Shown here: positions 1-11,934 of the stretch, one piece after another
Layout of the letters: every line of letters begins with the position of its first letter
Position numbering within the stretch: position 1 is the stretch's first letter
DNA from: an uncultured Acidimicrobiales bacterium
Lineage (GTDB): Bacteria > Actinomycetota > Acidimicrobiia > Acidimicrobiales > CAVXTF01
Length of the DNA stretch: 64,000 nucleotides
Direction of reading: 5' to 3'
Assembly (NCBI GenBank): GCA_963764615.1
Contig: CAVXTF010000002.1
Location: 1,107,002-1,171,001 of the forward strand
Program-made: the position numbers and the translations under genes
The notes under the pieces: generated by a model
The model's input: only the letters and a program-made list of their open reading frames with translations
Database searches by the model: none
Told to the model about the DNA's origin: nothing

Positions 1-1499
1 GTCCTCGCCTGACCCTCTGTGTCTATGCACGTGCACACGACAGCTGCACCGTGTTCCCGCGCGAGTGTCAAGAACGTGTCGAGCCGCGTGCCGGGCCCGT
101 CTCCTTCTTCGAGGTTGACCGAGTTCATGATCGCTCGGCCTCCGAGCCATTCGAGGGCCGTCAGGACCACGGGACCTTCTGTCGAGTCCACCATGAGGGG
201 AGTGGTCGCCAGGGTGGCGTACCGGCTCGCAACCTGCTCCATGTCGGCGACGCCGTCTGCACCCGTGTAATCGACGCACACGTCGATCACGTGAGCCCCT
301 TCTTTCACCTGGTCGACGGCCATCGCGACGGTCGAGTCCCAGTCGCCCCCGAGCATCGCCTCGCGAAAGGCCTTCGACCCGTTGGCATTCGTCCGCTCGC
401 CGACAACAAGGAAGGAGGTGTCCTGGTGGAAGTTCACCGATGTGTAGATCGACGACGCACCAGGTTCGTGCTCCGGCGCGCGCTGAGCCGGCACCAGATC
501 CCTGCACCGCTCGACGACGGCAGACAAGTGCTTGGGTGTCGTCCCACAGCACCCGCCCACGACGCTCACGCCGTACTCGGTCACGAAGCGCTCGAGGTAG
601 TCGGCAAGCTGTTCGGGAGTGAGGTCGTAGTGCATCGCGCCGTCAACGACCGAGGGGAGGCCCGCGTTGGGTTGGACCGCGACGGGTAGGCGGCTGTGAT
701 GGGTGAGGTGCCGGACGGCCTCTCCCATCTCGGCAGGCCCCGTGGCGCAGTTGAGACCGACCACGTCCGGGCGCATCGGGTCGAGAGCGCACAGAGCGGC
801 GCCGATCTCGGTCCCGGGCAACATCCTCCCGGTCAACTCGATCGTCACCTGCACCTGCAGAGGTACGCGCCTGCCGGCCGCGACCATCGCTCGCTTGCAA
901 GCGTTCAGTGCTGCCTTTGCCTGAAGCAGGTCGTAGACGGTCTCGACGACGAGAAGGTCCACTCCGCCTGCTAGCAGACCGGATGCCTGCTCTTCGTACG
1001 CGTCGCGCAGCGCTTCGTACCTGATCTGGCCGAGCGAGGGAAACTTGGTTCCCGGGCCGAGGTTGCCCGCAACGAAGCGGGGGTGACCCGGTTCGGAAAA
1101 TGCGTCAGCGGCGCGTCTCGCGATGGTCGCGGCGGCGACGTTCAGCTCGTAGGAGCGTTCAGCGAGCCCGTACTCGGCGAGAACCACGCTGAACGCGCCG
1201 AACGCATCGGTCTCGATCACGTCGACGCCCACTTCGAGGAAGGAGCGGTGCACGCGTTCGACCACGTCTGGCCGTGTCACCGCCAGGACCTCGTTGCATC
1301 CTTCGAGGGCCCTGCCGCCGAAATCCTGGTCGGTCAGCCCGGCCATTTGCAGAGAAGTGCCCATCGCTCCGTCGAAGATGACGACCCGTTCGCGGACTGC
1401 CTGCAGGTACGCCCGGCCGCGCTCGTCGAGGGGCATCGAGCTCACGGCGATCGCGGCGCTTGCGGCACTCGCCGCGACGAGGCCTTCAGGCTTCTGCAT
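1..1499 (-). CDS. metH: Cobalamin-dependent methionine synthase, N-terminal part (runs off the left edge)
   Basis: Manual minus-strand translation gives RERVVIFDGAMGTSLQ...LEGCNEVLAVTRPDVV...DVIETDAFG, the Hcy-binding domain. Not in the ORF track because no stop lies in the window. TAGCCT sits 9 nt before ATG 1499; an alternative ATG is at 1436. Confidence 0.93.
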   Translation of the reverse strand, partial: MQKPEGLVAASAASAAIAVSSMPLDERGRAYLQAVRERVVIFDGAMGTSLQMAGLTDQDFGGRALEGCNEVLAVTRPDVVERVHRSFLEVGVDVIETDAFGAFSVVLAEYGLAERSYELNVAAATIARRAADAFSEPGHPRFVAGNLGPGTKFPSLGQIRYEALRDAYEEQASGLLAGGVDLLVVETVYDLLQAKAALNACKRAMVAAGRRVPLQVQVTIELTGRMLPGTEIGAALCALDPMRPDVVGLNCATGPAEMGEAVRHLTHHSRLPVAVQPNAGLPSVVDGAMHYDLTPEQLADYLERFVTEYGVSVVGGCCGTTPKHLSAVVERCRDLVPAQRAPEHEPGASSIYTSVNFHQDTSFLVVGERTNANGSKAFREAMLGGDWDSTVAMAVDQVKEGAHVIDVCVDYTGADGVADMEQVASRYATLATTPLMVDSTEGPVVLTALEWLGGRAIMNSVNLEEGDGPGTRLDTFLTLAREHGAAVVCTCIDTEGQAR

Positions 1500-1561
1500 G
1501 ATCCGACCAGGCTAATGGCACCGGGAGCCGGGGCTGATTCCGGACCGTTACGATCGGCCGG

Positions 1562-2143
1562 GTGCCCCAGATCTACACGCGCACTGGCGACGACGGGACC
1601 ACCGGGCTGCTCTACGGCAAGCGCGTCCCGAAGGACCATCCGACGATCGAGGCGAACGGTGCGGTTGACGAAGCCCAGGCGGCCATAGGCGTGGCCCGTG
1701 CAGAGACAGAGCGTGGTTCGGAGCTGGACCAGATGCTCGTCGGCCTCGAGCGCGACCTGTGGGTTCTCATGGCCGAGCTTGCGACGGCTTCAGAGGACCG
1801 TCCGAAGCTCGAGGCTAGAAAGACGCTTGTCACGAAGGACATGGTGAGCGCGCTCGAGGAGCGGATCGACGACCTCAAGGAACGCACCGACGTGCCGGCC
1901 GAATTCGTCGTTCCCGGTCAGGATCGTCTTTCCGCCCTTCTCGATCAAGCCCGGACCGTCGTACGTAGGGCAGAGCGCCTGGTGGTCACTGCTACACGGG
2001 ACGAGGCGCCCGGGGCCGGAGGCGAACCCGGCTCGTACGTCGCGCAGTACCTAAACAGGCTTTCCGACCTCGTCTACACCGCGGCACGTTGGCAGGAGGG
2101 CGAGCACGAGCTCGCCCGCAAAAGGCCACGATCCGATCCCTGA
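1562..2143 (+). CDS. pduO: ATP:cob(I)alamin adenosyltransferase, PduO type
   Basis: IYTRTGDDGTTGL, G.VDE and YLNRLSD motifs; divergent from metH. Confidence 0.93.
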   Translation: MPQIYTRTGDDGTTGLLYGKRVPKDHPTIEANGAVDEAQAAIGVARAETERGSELDQMLVGLERDLWVLMAELATASEDRPKLEARKTLVTKDMVSALEERIDDLKERTDVPAEFVVPGQDRLSALLDQARTVVRRAERLVVTATRDEAPGAGGEPGSYVAQYLNRLSDLVYTAARWQEGEHELARKRPRSDP

Positions 2144-2290
2144 CCGACCCGCCTTCGGGATGGGGCGGCTGATGGTCGTCGGCCTTCTTCGGCTGTAATC
2201 GCCAGGGCTCCCTAGCCGGGATTGGCTATGGCCCTCAGCTGCTCAGCCAAGAGCGGCCTCGGCTGCTCAGCCGCGGGCGGCCTCCGCTGC

Positions 2291-2941
2291 TCAGCCGCGG
2301 GCGGTTTGGGCTCCGCGATTTCCGACCTCGAGCCACCGTGCATCGGCGAGCCTGCCTATGGTCACGAGTCTTTCCTCATCGTGGTCCGAAAACGCCCAGC
2401 CGGGACGTCCGACACCGAGCGCCGCGTCGAACCGGGCGAGGGTAGCCCACAGCGTCTCAGGGTCACGCTCTTCTGGGGACCTCATCGAGCGGCGGAACGC
2501 GTCGGCGAGCCAGTCCGTTCCGGGAGGTCGGCCGCCAGTCGCGAGAAGAAGCTCGGACTCGGTGTCGAGGATCGCCACCCAACCCGATTCCAGCTCGTCG
2601 GACACGCGTACCGCCAAGACGGCGAGCAGGTCCTCCGGAGAGCGGGCCTCGAGCAATGCGATTGCCGTCACATAGGCATCGAGCCGTCGGTCGCGAAGTC
2701 CGTTCGGGAGAGTCCTGACCTCCTCGACGGTGACTCCGTCCACCTCCTCTATCTCGGCGAGGAGCAGGGGCAACAGGTCGCGATCTACCTCCACGGCGAT
2801 CTCGTCCATGGCACGCCCGTCAGCTCGGGTGAGGATCTCGATAGCGACGACGTCCGCACGGACCGCCCCGATGCGGCTGGCGACGGCTCCGAGCGCGCCG
2901 GGCCGGTCAGGCATGCCGACGCGCAGCACGCATGTGGCCAC
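2291..2941 (-). CDS. ACT-domain protein
   Basis: N-terminal LRVGMPDRPGALGAVASRIG is an ACT signature; the C-terminal domain is unassigned. Confidence 0.75.
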   Translation of the reverse strand: MATCVLRVGMPDRPGALGAVASRIGAVRADVVAIEILTRADGRAMDEIAVEVDRDLLPLLLAEIEEVDGVTVEEVRTLPNGLRDRRLDAYVTAIALLEARSPEDLLAVLAVRVSDELESGWVAILDTESELLLATGGRPPGTDWLADAFRRSMRSPEERDPETLWATLARFDAALGVGRPGWAFSDHDEERLVTIGRLADARWLEVGNRGAQTARG

Positions 2942-2997
2942 GGGGCCAGGCTACGACTACCAGGTGAACGGTGCGTTTCCGATGGGAGACGGCGAGG

Positions 2998-3726
2998 TTA
3001 CGGACTTGGCGTTTCGGGCTCCCTGCGACCGGATTGATGCCAGGCCCAAGTGGCGGCATCCGATGCGAGCGCAGGGTGGAGATGCCATCCAACAAGCTCC
3101 AGTTCCACCGTTGCGTAATCGTCCCCGAGCGCAACCAGGCCCAGCGCGAGGCGTCTGGCGCGCCACCTGAGTCGCGTAACTGCAGGATCGGTGCGCGATT
3201 CGCCGAGGAGCCATTCACGGTGCTGCTCCTGAGTGCAGGGGTCCAGGCGGATCAGGTGGCGCCTGGCGAGAGGGGGTACGAATCGTCGCACCTCCAGCTC
3301 CCCGGAGTCGGTGAAGCGTGCGAGCTCGAATGTGACCAGCCGCCCGATCGCTCTCCGGAAGGGGCCGTGGCGTCCGCGGTGGCCGCCGAGGCCGATCTGG
3401 CGGGCGGTGCGTTCGAGGTCCAGATCCATCCCTTCCGGTCTGAGCTCGAGAGAACCGGCAACCTTGCGCAACAGCCAGAGCGACGTCGGTCCGAGCACCG
3501 GAAGCCAGAACCGCTCGGCGTATGTCGAGCGTGGATCGTGGCCGAGGTGGTCGATCAAGGGGTCGCGCCAGGCGATGACTTTCAGGCGGTCGACCGGTTC
3601 GTCCGCATGAGTCGTGCGGATGGCCTGCGCGAGGGGCGAGTGAGAAGGGTCGGGTGATGTCTGTAGGTCCATCCCCGAAGAGTGCCGATCGCCATGGCCG
3701 CAAACCTTGCTCGCAACGTCTCCCAT
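2998..3726 (-). CDS. Conserved hypothetical protein with possible winged-HTH; start uncertain
   Basis: Plausible 242-aa ORF with DPRS.Y.E.FWLPVLGPTS.WLLR followed by an HTH-like segment LDLERTARQIGLG. Confidence 0.65.
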   Translation of the reverse strand: MGDVASKVCGHGDRHSSGMDLQTSPDPSHSPLAQAIRTTHADEPVDRLKVIAWRDPLIDHLGHDPRSTYAERFWLPVLGPTSLWLLRKVAGSLELRPEGMDLDLERTARQIGLGGHRGRHGPFRRAIGRLVTFELARFTDSGELEVRRFVPPLARRHLIRLDPCTQEQHREWLLGESRTDPAVTRLRWRARRLALGLVALGDDYATVELELVGWHLHPALASDAATWAWHQSGRREPETPSP

Positions 3727-3778
3727 GACTTCACTCTGGGTTGGACTTTGCGCGTTCGGCGAACGGACTCCTTGACTC

Positions 3779-4405
3779 CTATTCAGAATCCTTGCGGGAC
3801 CAGGCGCCGTAGTGCACGAGACGAGATGTCGGTTGTCGCCCGAGGGACAACGAGGCCGACGGCGGATCCTCGCCTCCCGGCTCTCCGATCAGCACCGCGC
3901 CGCAAACGCGCCAGGCGCCTTCCACCCCCACTGCGTCGAGCAGTTCCGCCTCGCCTCGGAAGCTTCCCAAGAAGCACGCACCGAGACCGACGTCTGTCGC
4001 GCCGAGAAGCATTGCCATTACCGATGCACCAGCGTCGAAGTACCAGTACGGGACCGCCCACGCCGCCTCACCGGACTTGGCTCCGAGACCCGACTGCGCC
4101 TTGTCCGGTCTTGCGTACCGCTCCATGTAGGCGACGGGACTGACGAGGACGACTACGACCACCGGGGCTCTCGAAAGGCCCGGCCATCTGCGCGAAGTCT
4201 CCCGCCACCGCGGGGTGGTCGTTGCTTCCCAGTACCGCCAGGTCTCAGGACCCTCGAGGACGACGAATTCCCTGCCCGAGGTGTTGCCTGCTGACGGAGC
4301 GCGGATGGCGAGCCCGAGCAGGTCGTCCAGAACTTCACGCCCGACAGGGGTACCAGAGAAGCTCCGTACCATGCGCCGGCCGTCCATCGCTCGCCTGAGC
4401 TCCAT
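3779..4405 (-). CDS. Nitroreductase family protein
   Basis: RRMVRSF, RAPSAGN, PYW..D.G and GLGACFLG motifs. Confidence 0.88.
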   Translation of the reverse strand: MELRRAMDGRRMVRSFSGTPVGREVLDDLLGLAIRAPSAGNTSGREFVVLEGPETWRYWEATTTPRWRETSRRWPGLSRAPVVVVVLVSPVAYMERYARPDKAQSGLGAKSGEAAWAVPYWYFDAGASVMAMLLGATDVGLGACFLGSFRGEAELLDAVGVEGAWRVCGAVLIGEPGGEDPPSASLSLGRQPTSRLVHYGAWSRKDSE

Positions 4406-4542
4406 CCGGGTGACCCTAAGGGTCCGGCGGGCACCGGACCAGGGGAGGCAGTGCAGGTCATGTCGCGCAGAGCCTGCCGTCGGGGGAATGTTGATGGCGC
4501 AGGTAGGGTTTCAGATAGCTGGAGACAAGAGGAGGATGGCAG

Positions 4543-5715
4543 ATGGCAAGTCCGAGGGACCTGCTCGCCCAGGCAAAGGCGCAGATCAGAGAGGTGTCGC
4601 CCGAACAGGCGGAGAGCCTTCTCGGACAGGTCACGTTCCTCGATGTGCGCGAGCCAGACGAAAACGAGCAGGGCACCATCCCGGGCTCGATCCTCCTGCC
4701 GAGGGGCCAGCTCGAGTTCCAGGTGGAGGGCAAGCTGCCCGACAAGCAGGCTCCGGTCGTTGTCTACTGCGCAGGCGGAGTGCGTTCGGCTTTCGCGGCG
4801 CAGACGATGCAGGCGATCGGGTACGCGGACGTTACCTCCATGATCGGCGGCTTCAACCGCTGGAAGGACGAGGGTCGCAAGTGGGTGACCCCGCAGACCC
4901 TCACCCCCGACCAGCGCAACCGCTACCACCGACACCTACTCCTGCCCGAGGTCGGCGATACCGGTCAGCTGAAGCTCCTGGACTCCAAGGTCCTGCTGCT
5001 TGGTGCCGGAGGGCTTGGTTCGCCGGCCGCTCTCTATCTCGCCGCCGCGGGCGTCGGGACGATCGGGATCATCGACATGGATGTGGTCGACTCGTCCAAC
5101 TTGCAGCGACAGATCCTCCACAACCTCGACCGCGTGGGCGACAGGAAGGTTGACTCGGCAAAGAAGACGCTGACCGCGATGAACCCCGACGTAAACGTGG
5201 TCACGTACGACGTGCGGCTCGGGGCCGACAACGTCCTCGACATCATCTCGGAGTACGACGTGATCGTGGACGGTACCGACAACTTCCCGACGCGCTATCT
5301 CGTGAACGACGCCTCCCTGATCGCGAGGGTGCCGGTGGTCCACGGCTCGATCTTCAGATTCGAAGGCCAAGTCACGGTGTTCGACCCCTACAACGGCCCC
5401 TGCTACCGGTGCTTGATCCCCGAACCGCCGCCCGCGGAGCTCGCGCCGTCCTGTGCCGAAGCCGGCGTCCTCGGCGTGCTGCCCGGGATCATCGGATCGA
5501 TCCAGGCGCTCGAGGCGATCAAGATCCTCCTCGGTCTCGGCGACCCGCTCGTCGGGCGCCTGCTGTCCTTCGATGCGCTCGAAGAGTCGTTCAGGACGTT
5601 CAAAGTGCGCCGTGACCCCGCCTGCCCGGCCTGCGGTCCCGACGCCGGCGAGATCGTGATCGCCGAATACGACGAGCTGTGCATGCCGCATGCAGTGGCG
5701 GCTCCTGCCTCCTAA
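4543..5715 (+). CDS. moeB: MoeB/ThiF adenylyltransferase with N-terminal rhodanese domain
   Basis: LDVREPDE and YCAGGVRS (rhodanese), then RYHRHLLLPEVG, GAGGLGS, SNLQRQ, PCYRC and CPAC. RBS GGAGG upstream. Confidence 0.92.
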   Translation: MASPRDLLAQAKAQIREVSPEQAESLLGQVTFLDVREPDENEQGTIPGSILLPRGQLEFQVEGKLPDKQAPVVVYCAGGVRSAFAAQTMQAIGYADVTSMIGGFNRWKDEGRKWVTPQTLTPDQRNRYHRHLLLPEVGDTGQLKLLDSKVLLLGAGGLGSPAALYLAAAGVGTIGIIDMDVVDSSNLQRQILHNLDRVGDRKVDSAKKTLTAMNPDVNVVTYDVRLGADNVLDIISEYDVIVDGTDNFPTRYLVNDASLIARVPVVHGSIFRFEGQVTVFDPYNGPCYRCLIPEPPPAELAPSCAEAGVLGVLPGIIGSIQALEAIKILLGLGDPLVGRLLSFDALEESFRTFKVRRDPACPACGPDAGEIVIAEYDELCMPHAVAAPAS

Positions 5716-5761
5716 CCACACCGATTCGGGCGCCATTGGACCACGCACCTAATCTTGGTGT

Positions 5762-7387
<1,626 letters not shown>

Positions 7388-7504
7388 ATTCGAGCTGTAG
7401 GCGGTTTCGTCGTTCATGACGAGCTCCAGGGCTCCGTCTGATCTCCAAGGGCGCTCGCCGATGCCAGGTCGAGATCTCCGCTTTTCGGGCAACTTTCTAC
7501 TGCG

Positions 7505-7526
7505 TGTTACACCCTGTCGATACTTT
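7505..7526 (+). promoter_or_regulatory. Putative leaderless promoter with PafBC/RecA-NDp-like spacing
   Basis: TGTTAC-N10-TACTTT versus consensus TGTCGG-N10-TA-N3-T; in-frame GTG 7 nt downstream at 7534. Confidence 0.35.
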
Positions 7527-7533
7527 TCACAGC

Positions 7534-8988
7534 GTGTCGAATTCGCTCCATGTTGCCGGAGACATCCCGACTGCCCGGGACCTTCCAGTGGTCGCCGACG
7601 CAGTGGTCGCCGACGCCCGGGACCTTCCAGTGGTCGCCGACGCCCCGGACAACCCGACGGCTCAGGACCTCGTTGCCGCCGCCGACGTCATCAAGCGCTT
7701 CGTGAAGTTCTTCGAGCCTGACCTGTATTCGGGAGATGACGCAGAGACCCTCGTTCGGGTCTTTTCCGAGGTGAAGCACGCCTGTGCCTCCGGGGTCATG
7801 CTCGCAGCTAGGCGGGTGCAGGCCACCCACCTCCACGAAAGAGAAGGCCACAAGCTCGCACCTACCTACCTAGCTGCGATCACAGGTGAGTCGGTCGGAT
7901 CTGCGGCTTCGATGCTGGAGACCGCAAAGTCGATAGAGGCACACCCGGCGATATCCGAGGCCTTCAGGTCGGGGAAGCTCTCTGAGGCAAAGGCAAGACA
8001 GATCGCATCTGCCGCTGACGCCCGCCCCGACCAGGAAGAGAACCTCGTTGCGGCCGCATCCGAGATGGAGCTCGGAGGCCTGAAGCGCCACTGTGCCGAC
8101 GTCCGCCAGAGCGCACTTTCAAAAGACGACTCGGTCGAGCACTACGAGCAGATGAGATCCAGGCGCTTTTGTCGCATGTGGAGCGATCAAGAAGGCTTCG
8201 GAAGGTTAGAGGCGAGGCTCACCCCGGACGCCTTTTCGGTGCTCAGTGCCTGCATCGAACCCTTCCAGACCCGCGAGTTCGACCTGGCCAGAAAACAGGG
8301 CCGCCACGAGCCTCGTCACGCCTATGGCGCAGATGCGCTCGTCGCCATGGCCAGGCACAGTCACGAGGCTGACGGTTCTTCCAAGGGCCGAGACACCCTC
8401 GTCCGGGTACGGGTGGATCTCTCAGCTCTCAAGAGGGGTCGGACACAACCCGGTGAGACCTGCCAGATACCGGGGTTGGCCCCGGTTCCGGTCGCGTTGG
8501 TGAGACAGATCCTCGGAGACTCGCTACTAGAGCTCGTTATCACCGAAGGCAAAGACGTGAGAACGGTCTGTACGAACTCCAGGCACATCCGAAGAGCACT
8601 TCGAGTCGCACTAGAAGAACGAGACCAGACCTGCTGTGTGCCCGAGTGCGAGATGGCCGACCCCTTGGAGATCGACCACCGCACCGATTTCGCAAAGGGC
8701 GGGGTGACGAGCTTGGAGAACCTCGCCAGGTTGTGTCCCTACCACCACCACCTGAAGACCAACAGGGGCTGGACGCCTAGAAGGCAGAGCCGGCAACTGG
8801 CGGTTCGTCAGACCGGACCCACCACCTGGATCTGGTCACCCCCAGCACCTCGACCAACCGAACCGAGCCTCTTCGACCGACGGCCGAAGGAGGGCCAAGC
8901 GGGCGACCGGACCACCGGGTCAGAGCAAGCTGCTCTGAGCGCGAGCGGAGCCGTTGTCAGCGTGACCCGGACAGAAGTGTCTCTCTGA
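7534..8988 (+). CDS. DUF222 + HNH endonuclease (13E12-like). True stop may be 8938 if there is an indel near 8772
   Basis: RRALRVALEERDQTCCVPEC..LEIDH..FAKGGVTSLENLARLCPYHH HNH domain and a DUF222-like middle region. The alternative frame after 8772 reads RLEGRAGNWRFVRP and removes the overlap with the next gene. Confidence 0.85.
   Translation: MSNSLHVAGDIPTARDLPVVADAVVADARDLPVVADAPDNPTAQDLVAAADVIKRFVKFFEPDLYSGDDAETLVRVFSEVKHACASGVMLAARRVQATHLHEREGHKLAPTYLAAITGESVGSAASMLETAKSIEAHPAISEAFRSGKLSEAKARQIASAADARPDQEENLVAAASEMELGGLKRHCADVRQSALSKDDSVEHYEQMRSRRFCRMWSDQEGFGRLEARLTPDAFSVLSACIEPFQTREFDLARKQGRHEPRHAYGADALVAMARHSHEADGSSKGRDTLVRVRVDLSALKRGRTQPGETCQIPGLAPVPVALVRQILGDSLLELVITEGKDVRTVCTNSRHIRRALRVALEERDQTCCVPECEMADPLEIDHRTDFAKGGVTSLENLARLCPYHHHLKTNRGWTPRRQSRQLAVRQTGPTTWIWSPPAPRPTEPSLFDRRPKEGQAGDRTTGSEQAALSASGAVVSVTRTEVSL
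7573..7643. repeat. Nested direct repeats in the HNH gene 5' end
   Basis: gcccgggaccttccagtggtcgccgacgc x2 and cagtggtcgccgacgc x3. Confidence 0.85.
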
Positions 8989-10153
8989 TCTCGGGCACTG
9001 TCGCCGCGTCGATGGCCGTCCATGCCATCGAGATGGCGCCGTCGAGCACAGCCCTGTTCGCAGAGGGGCCGACGCATGCGGCAGCGAACTCGGGTTGGTG
9101 GTTGACCGCTCCCGACGTCTCGATCCCCAGCAGCGGATGAATCGACGGAAGCGCGAGCGACACGTTGGCCATGTCGGTCGAGAACATGGGTGGCGGTGCT
9201 CCGGCGTCCTCTGCGGGATATGCGCGCCCGAGCGCCTCTGCATTGATGCGCCAGCATCCGATGAGTGCCGGGTCCGTGACCATGTGCGAGTAGGCGGGTG
9301 AGAGATCTGCGATGGAGAGTTGGCATCCGGTCGCAAGCGCGCCCGCCTCGAAGCAGTGTTCTATACGCGGGCGCAGCACGCGCAGGGCTTCGATCGTGCG
9401 AGCGCGCATCATGAAGCGGCCCTTCGAGTGTGAGGGAACCACATTCGCAGCGTCGCCTCCTTCTGTGACGATCCCATGGACCTGATCTCCGGGAGCGAGG
9501 TGCTGGCGGAGAAGTCCTATTGCTACCTGAGCGATCGTCAGAGCGTCGCCCGCGTTGATCCCCTTATGGGGTGCAGCGGACGCGTGCGCGCTGCGACCCG
9601 TGTAGCTGACGTCGATGTGGTCGACCGCAAGACACTGCGGGACCAGACGGTCCTCGGGCCACGGGTGCACCATCATCGCCGCGTGCGCTCCATCGAACGC
9701 GCCCTGGTCGAGCAAGAGGATCTTGCCTCCGCCGCCCTCCTCGGCAGGCGTGCCGAGGACGGTGACGGTGAGACCCACTTCGTCCGCCACCCTCGCGAGC
9801 GCCGCGCCGGCTCCCACCGCGGCCGCCGCGATGATGTTGTGGCCGCACGCATGACCGACTCCAGGCAGCGCGTCGTACTCGGCGCACACCACGATGTGCA
9901 GTCGGCCCGAACCAGCTCGGGCCACCACCGCGGTCTCGAGGCCGTAGTCGCCGACGGAAACCCGCAGCCCGGCGGACTCGAGGGCGTCGGCCACCACCCG
10001 GGCCGCGTGGTGCTCGTCGAACAGGAGCTCAGGGTGCTCGTGAATGTCGTCGGCGAGCGCGATCAGATCTGCGGAGCGGCTGTCGACCACTTCTTTTGCG
10101 CCGGCCTTGGCGCCCCCGGCCTTGGCGCCCCCGGCATCGTCGCCCGGGCTCAT
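8957..10153 (-). CDS. M20 family amidohydrolase
   Basis: [30 protein letters not shown] and STDMANVS motifs. Confidence 0.92.
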   Translation of the reverse strand: MSPGDDAGGAKAGGAKAGAKEVVDSRSADLIALADDIHEHPELLFDEHHAARVVADALESAGLRVSVGDYGLETAVVARAGSGRLHIVVCAEYDALPGVGHACGHNIIAAAAVGAGAALARVADEVGLTVTVLGTPAEEGGGGKILLLDQGAFDGAHAAMMVHPWPEDRLVPQCLAVDHIDVSYTGRSAHASAAPHKGINAGDALTIAQVAIGLLRQHLAPGDQVHGIVTEGGDAANVVPSHSKGRFMMRARTIEALRVLRPRIEHCFEAGALATGCQLSIADLSPAYSHMVTDPALIGCWRINAEALGRAYPAEDAGAPPPMFSTDMANVSLALPSIHPLLGIETSGAVNHQPEFAAACVGPSANRAVLDGAISMAWTAIDAATVPEIRETLLSGSR

Positions 10154-11916
10154 TCGATCACCGCCACCACGTCGCCAGGTCCGACCGAGGCACCCGCCGT
10201 GACGCGGATCTCCTTCACGGTCCCCGCCTTCTCGGCAGTCACCGCGTTCTCCATCTTCATGGCCTCGAGCACGCAGACAGTCTGACCGACCTCTACCTCG
10301 TCTCCGACCGCGACCACGACCTTCACGATCGTCCCTTGCATCGGCACCATGACGGTCCCAGACCCCGTCCCTGTCACCGACGCCCGTCGCCGTCCCGACT
10401 GGCGCGGGTTCGACGAACGGCCCTGGACCCCCGACGCCTCGGGAACCTTGAGCTTCACCTCGAAGCGGCGCCCGTCGACCTCGACCGTCACCTCGCGCAG
10501 CTCCGAGCCGTCACCGTCCCCGGAGCCGCCCGGGGCGGGCGCGGGGCTCTCGAGCGATGTCAGATCGAGCCGCTTCTCCACCCAGACGGTCGAGTGGGTG
10601 GCAGCGACGAAGTCGGGATGCGAGAGGATCGCGATGTCGGCGGGGATCGTCGTCGCAATGCCGGCCACCTCTGTCTCTGCGAGCGCGCGCAACATCCTGT
10701 GCCGTGCCGCCTCGCGGTCCGGGCCCCAGACGATCAGCTTCGCGACGAGATTGTCGTAGTACTGGCTGACCGCGTCGCCCGCCGCGTAGCCGGCATCGAG
10801 TCGCACGCCCGGCCCGCCGGGCGCGACGAACCGTGTGATCGTCCCGGGCGTCGGCACGAAACGTCCTCCAGAGGGATCCTCCGCGTTGATCCGCACCTCG
10901 ATCGCATGGCCGTTTCGGGCGACCTGTTCCTGGGTGAAGCCGAGGGGCTCCCCCGACGCCACTCGGATCTGCCACTCGACGAGGTCGAGACCGGTGACGA
11001 GCTCAGTTACGGGATGCTCCACCTGGAGCCGGGTGTTCATCTCGAGGAAGTAGAACTCCCCGTCCTGAAATATGAATTCCACGGTCCCCGCGTTCACGTA
11101 CCCACACCCGCGGGCCACCCGAACAGCCGCCTCGCCCATCTGCTCGCGTATCTCGTCCGCGAGAGCCGGAGCCGGGCATTCCTCGATGAGCTTTTGGTGC
11201 CTGCGCTGACACGAGCAGTCGCGCTCGCCCAACCAGACGACCGATCCATGAGTGTCGGCGATCAGTTGGATCTCCACGTGGCGCGGCCAGTCGAGATACC
11301 GCTCCGGGTAGACCTCGGCGCGCCCGAAATATGCGAGCGCCTCACGCTTCGCCGACTCGAGGGCTTCTGCCGCCGATTCGGGGCCGTCGACCACCTTCAT
11401 CCCTCGCCCGCCGCCACCGAACGCCGCCTTGATGGCGACCGGCCACCCGTTCGCCTCTCCGAACGCGATCACCTCGTCGGGATCGTTGATCTCGTTCGTG
11501 CCAGGGACACAGCGCACGCCGGCGGCCTCCGCCTCGTGCCTCGAGCTGATCTTGTCGCCCATCACCTCGATCGCAGAAGGCGGGGGACCGATGAAGGTCG
11601 CGCCCTGGTCGCCCAGTGCTCTCGCGAAATCGGCATTCTCGGAGAAGAAGCCGTACCCGGGGTGCACGCTGTCTGCACCACTGCGGTCGAGCGCGTCGAG
11701 GATCGCCTCGGTGTTGAGATAGCTCTCAGAAGCCGTGCGGCCGCCGAGCGCGTACGCCTCGTCCGCCATCCGGACGTGCATCGCGTCGCGGTCGAGCTCG
11801 GAATACACGGCGACAGTAGGGATGCCGAGCTCGCGGCACGTGCGGATGACCCGCACCGCGATCTCCCCCCGGTTGGCGATCAGAACCTTGTCGAGCACGG
11901 TCGACAAGACTGGCAC
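10150..11916 (-). CDS. accA: Acetyl/propionyl-CoA carboxylase alpha subunit (biotin carboxylase + BCCP)
   Basis: [45 protein letters not shown] and the EAMKM biotinylation site. Confidence 0.95.
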   Translation of the reverse strand: MPVLSTVLDKVLIANRGEIAVRVIRTCRELGIPTVAVYSELDRDAMHVRMADEAYALGGRTASESYLNTEAILDALDRSGADSVHPGYGFFSENADFARALGDQGATFIGPPPSAIEVMGDKISSRHEAEAAGVRCVPGTNEINDPDEVIAFGEANGWPVAIKAAFGGGGRGMKVVDGPESAAEALESAKREALAYFGRAEVYPERYLDWPRHVEIQLIADTHGSVVWLGERDCSCQRRHQKLIEECPAPALADEIREQMGEAAVRVARGCGYVNAGTVEFIFQDGEFYFLEMNTRLQVEHPVTELVTGLDLVEWQIRVASGEPLGFTQEQVARNGHAIEVRINAEDPSGGRFVPTPGTITRFVAPGGPGVRLDAGYAAGDAVSQYYDNLVAKLIVWGPDREAARHRMLRALAETEVAGIATTIPADIAILSHPDFVAATHSTVWVEKRLDLTSLESPAPAPGGSGDGDGSELREVTVEVDGRRFEVKLKVPEASGVQGRSSNPRQSGRRRASVTGTGSGTVMVPMQGTIVKVVVAVGDEVEVGQTVCVLEAMKMENAVTAEKAGTVKEIRVTAGASVGPGDVVAVIE

Positions 11917-11934
11917 GGCCCGTAGGGTTGGCGC

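Noticed and set aside
1500-1561. Cobalamin or SAM riboswitch at metH/pduO
   Set aside because: The gap is only ~60 bp and both genes look leaderless.
3779-4405. BluB assignment for the nitroreductase
   Set aside because: Proximity to B12 genes is the only support; BluB-type motifs (APSVG..QPW) are not present.
10096-11925. Long antisense or alternate-frame ORFs (e.g. 10096-11925 +, 21924-23627 +, 55711-57678 +, 61307-62617 -)
   Set aside because: Shadow ORFs of real genes, typical of high-GC DNA, with no recognisable motifs.
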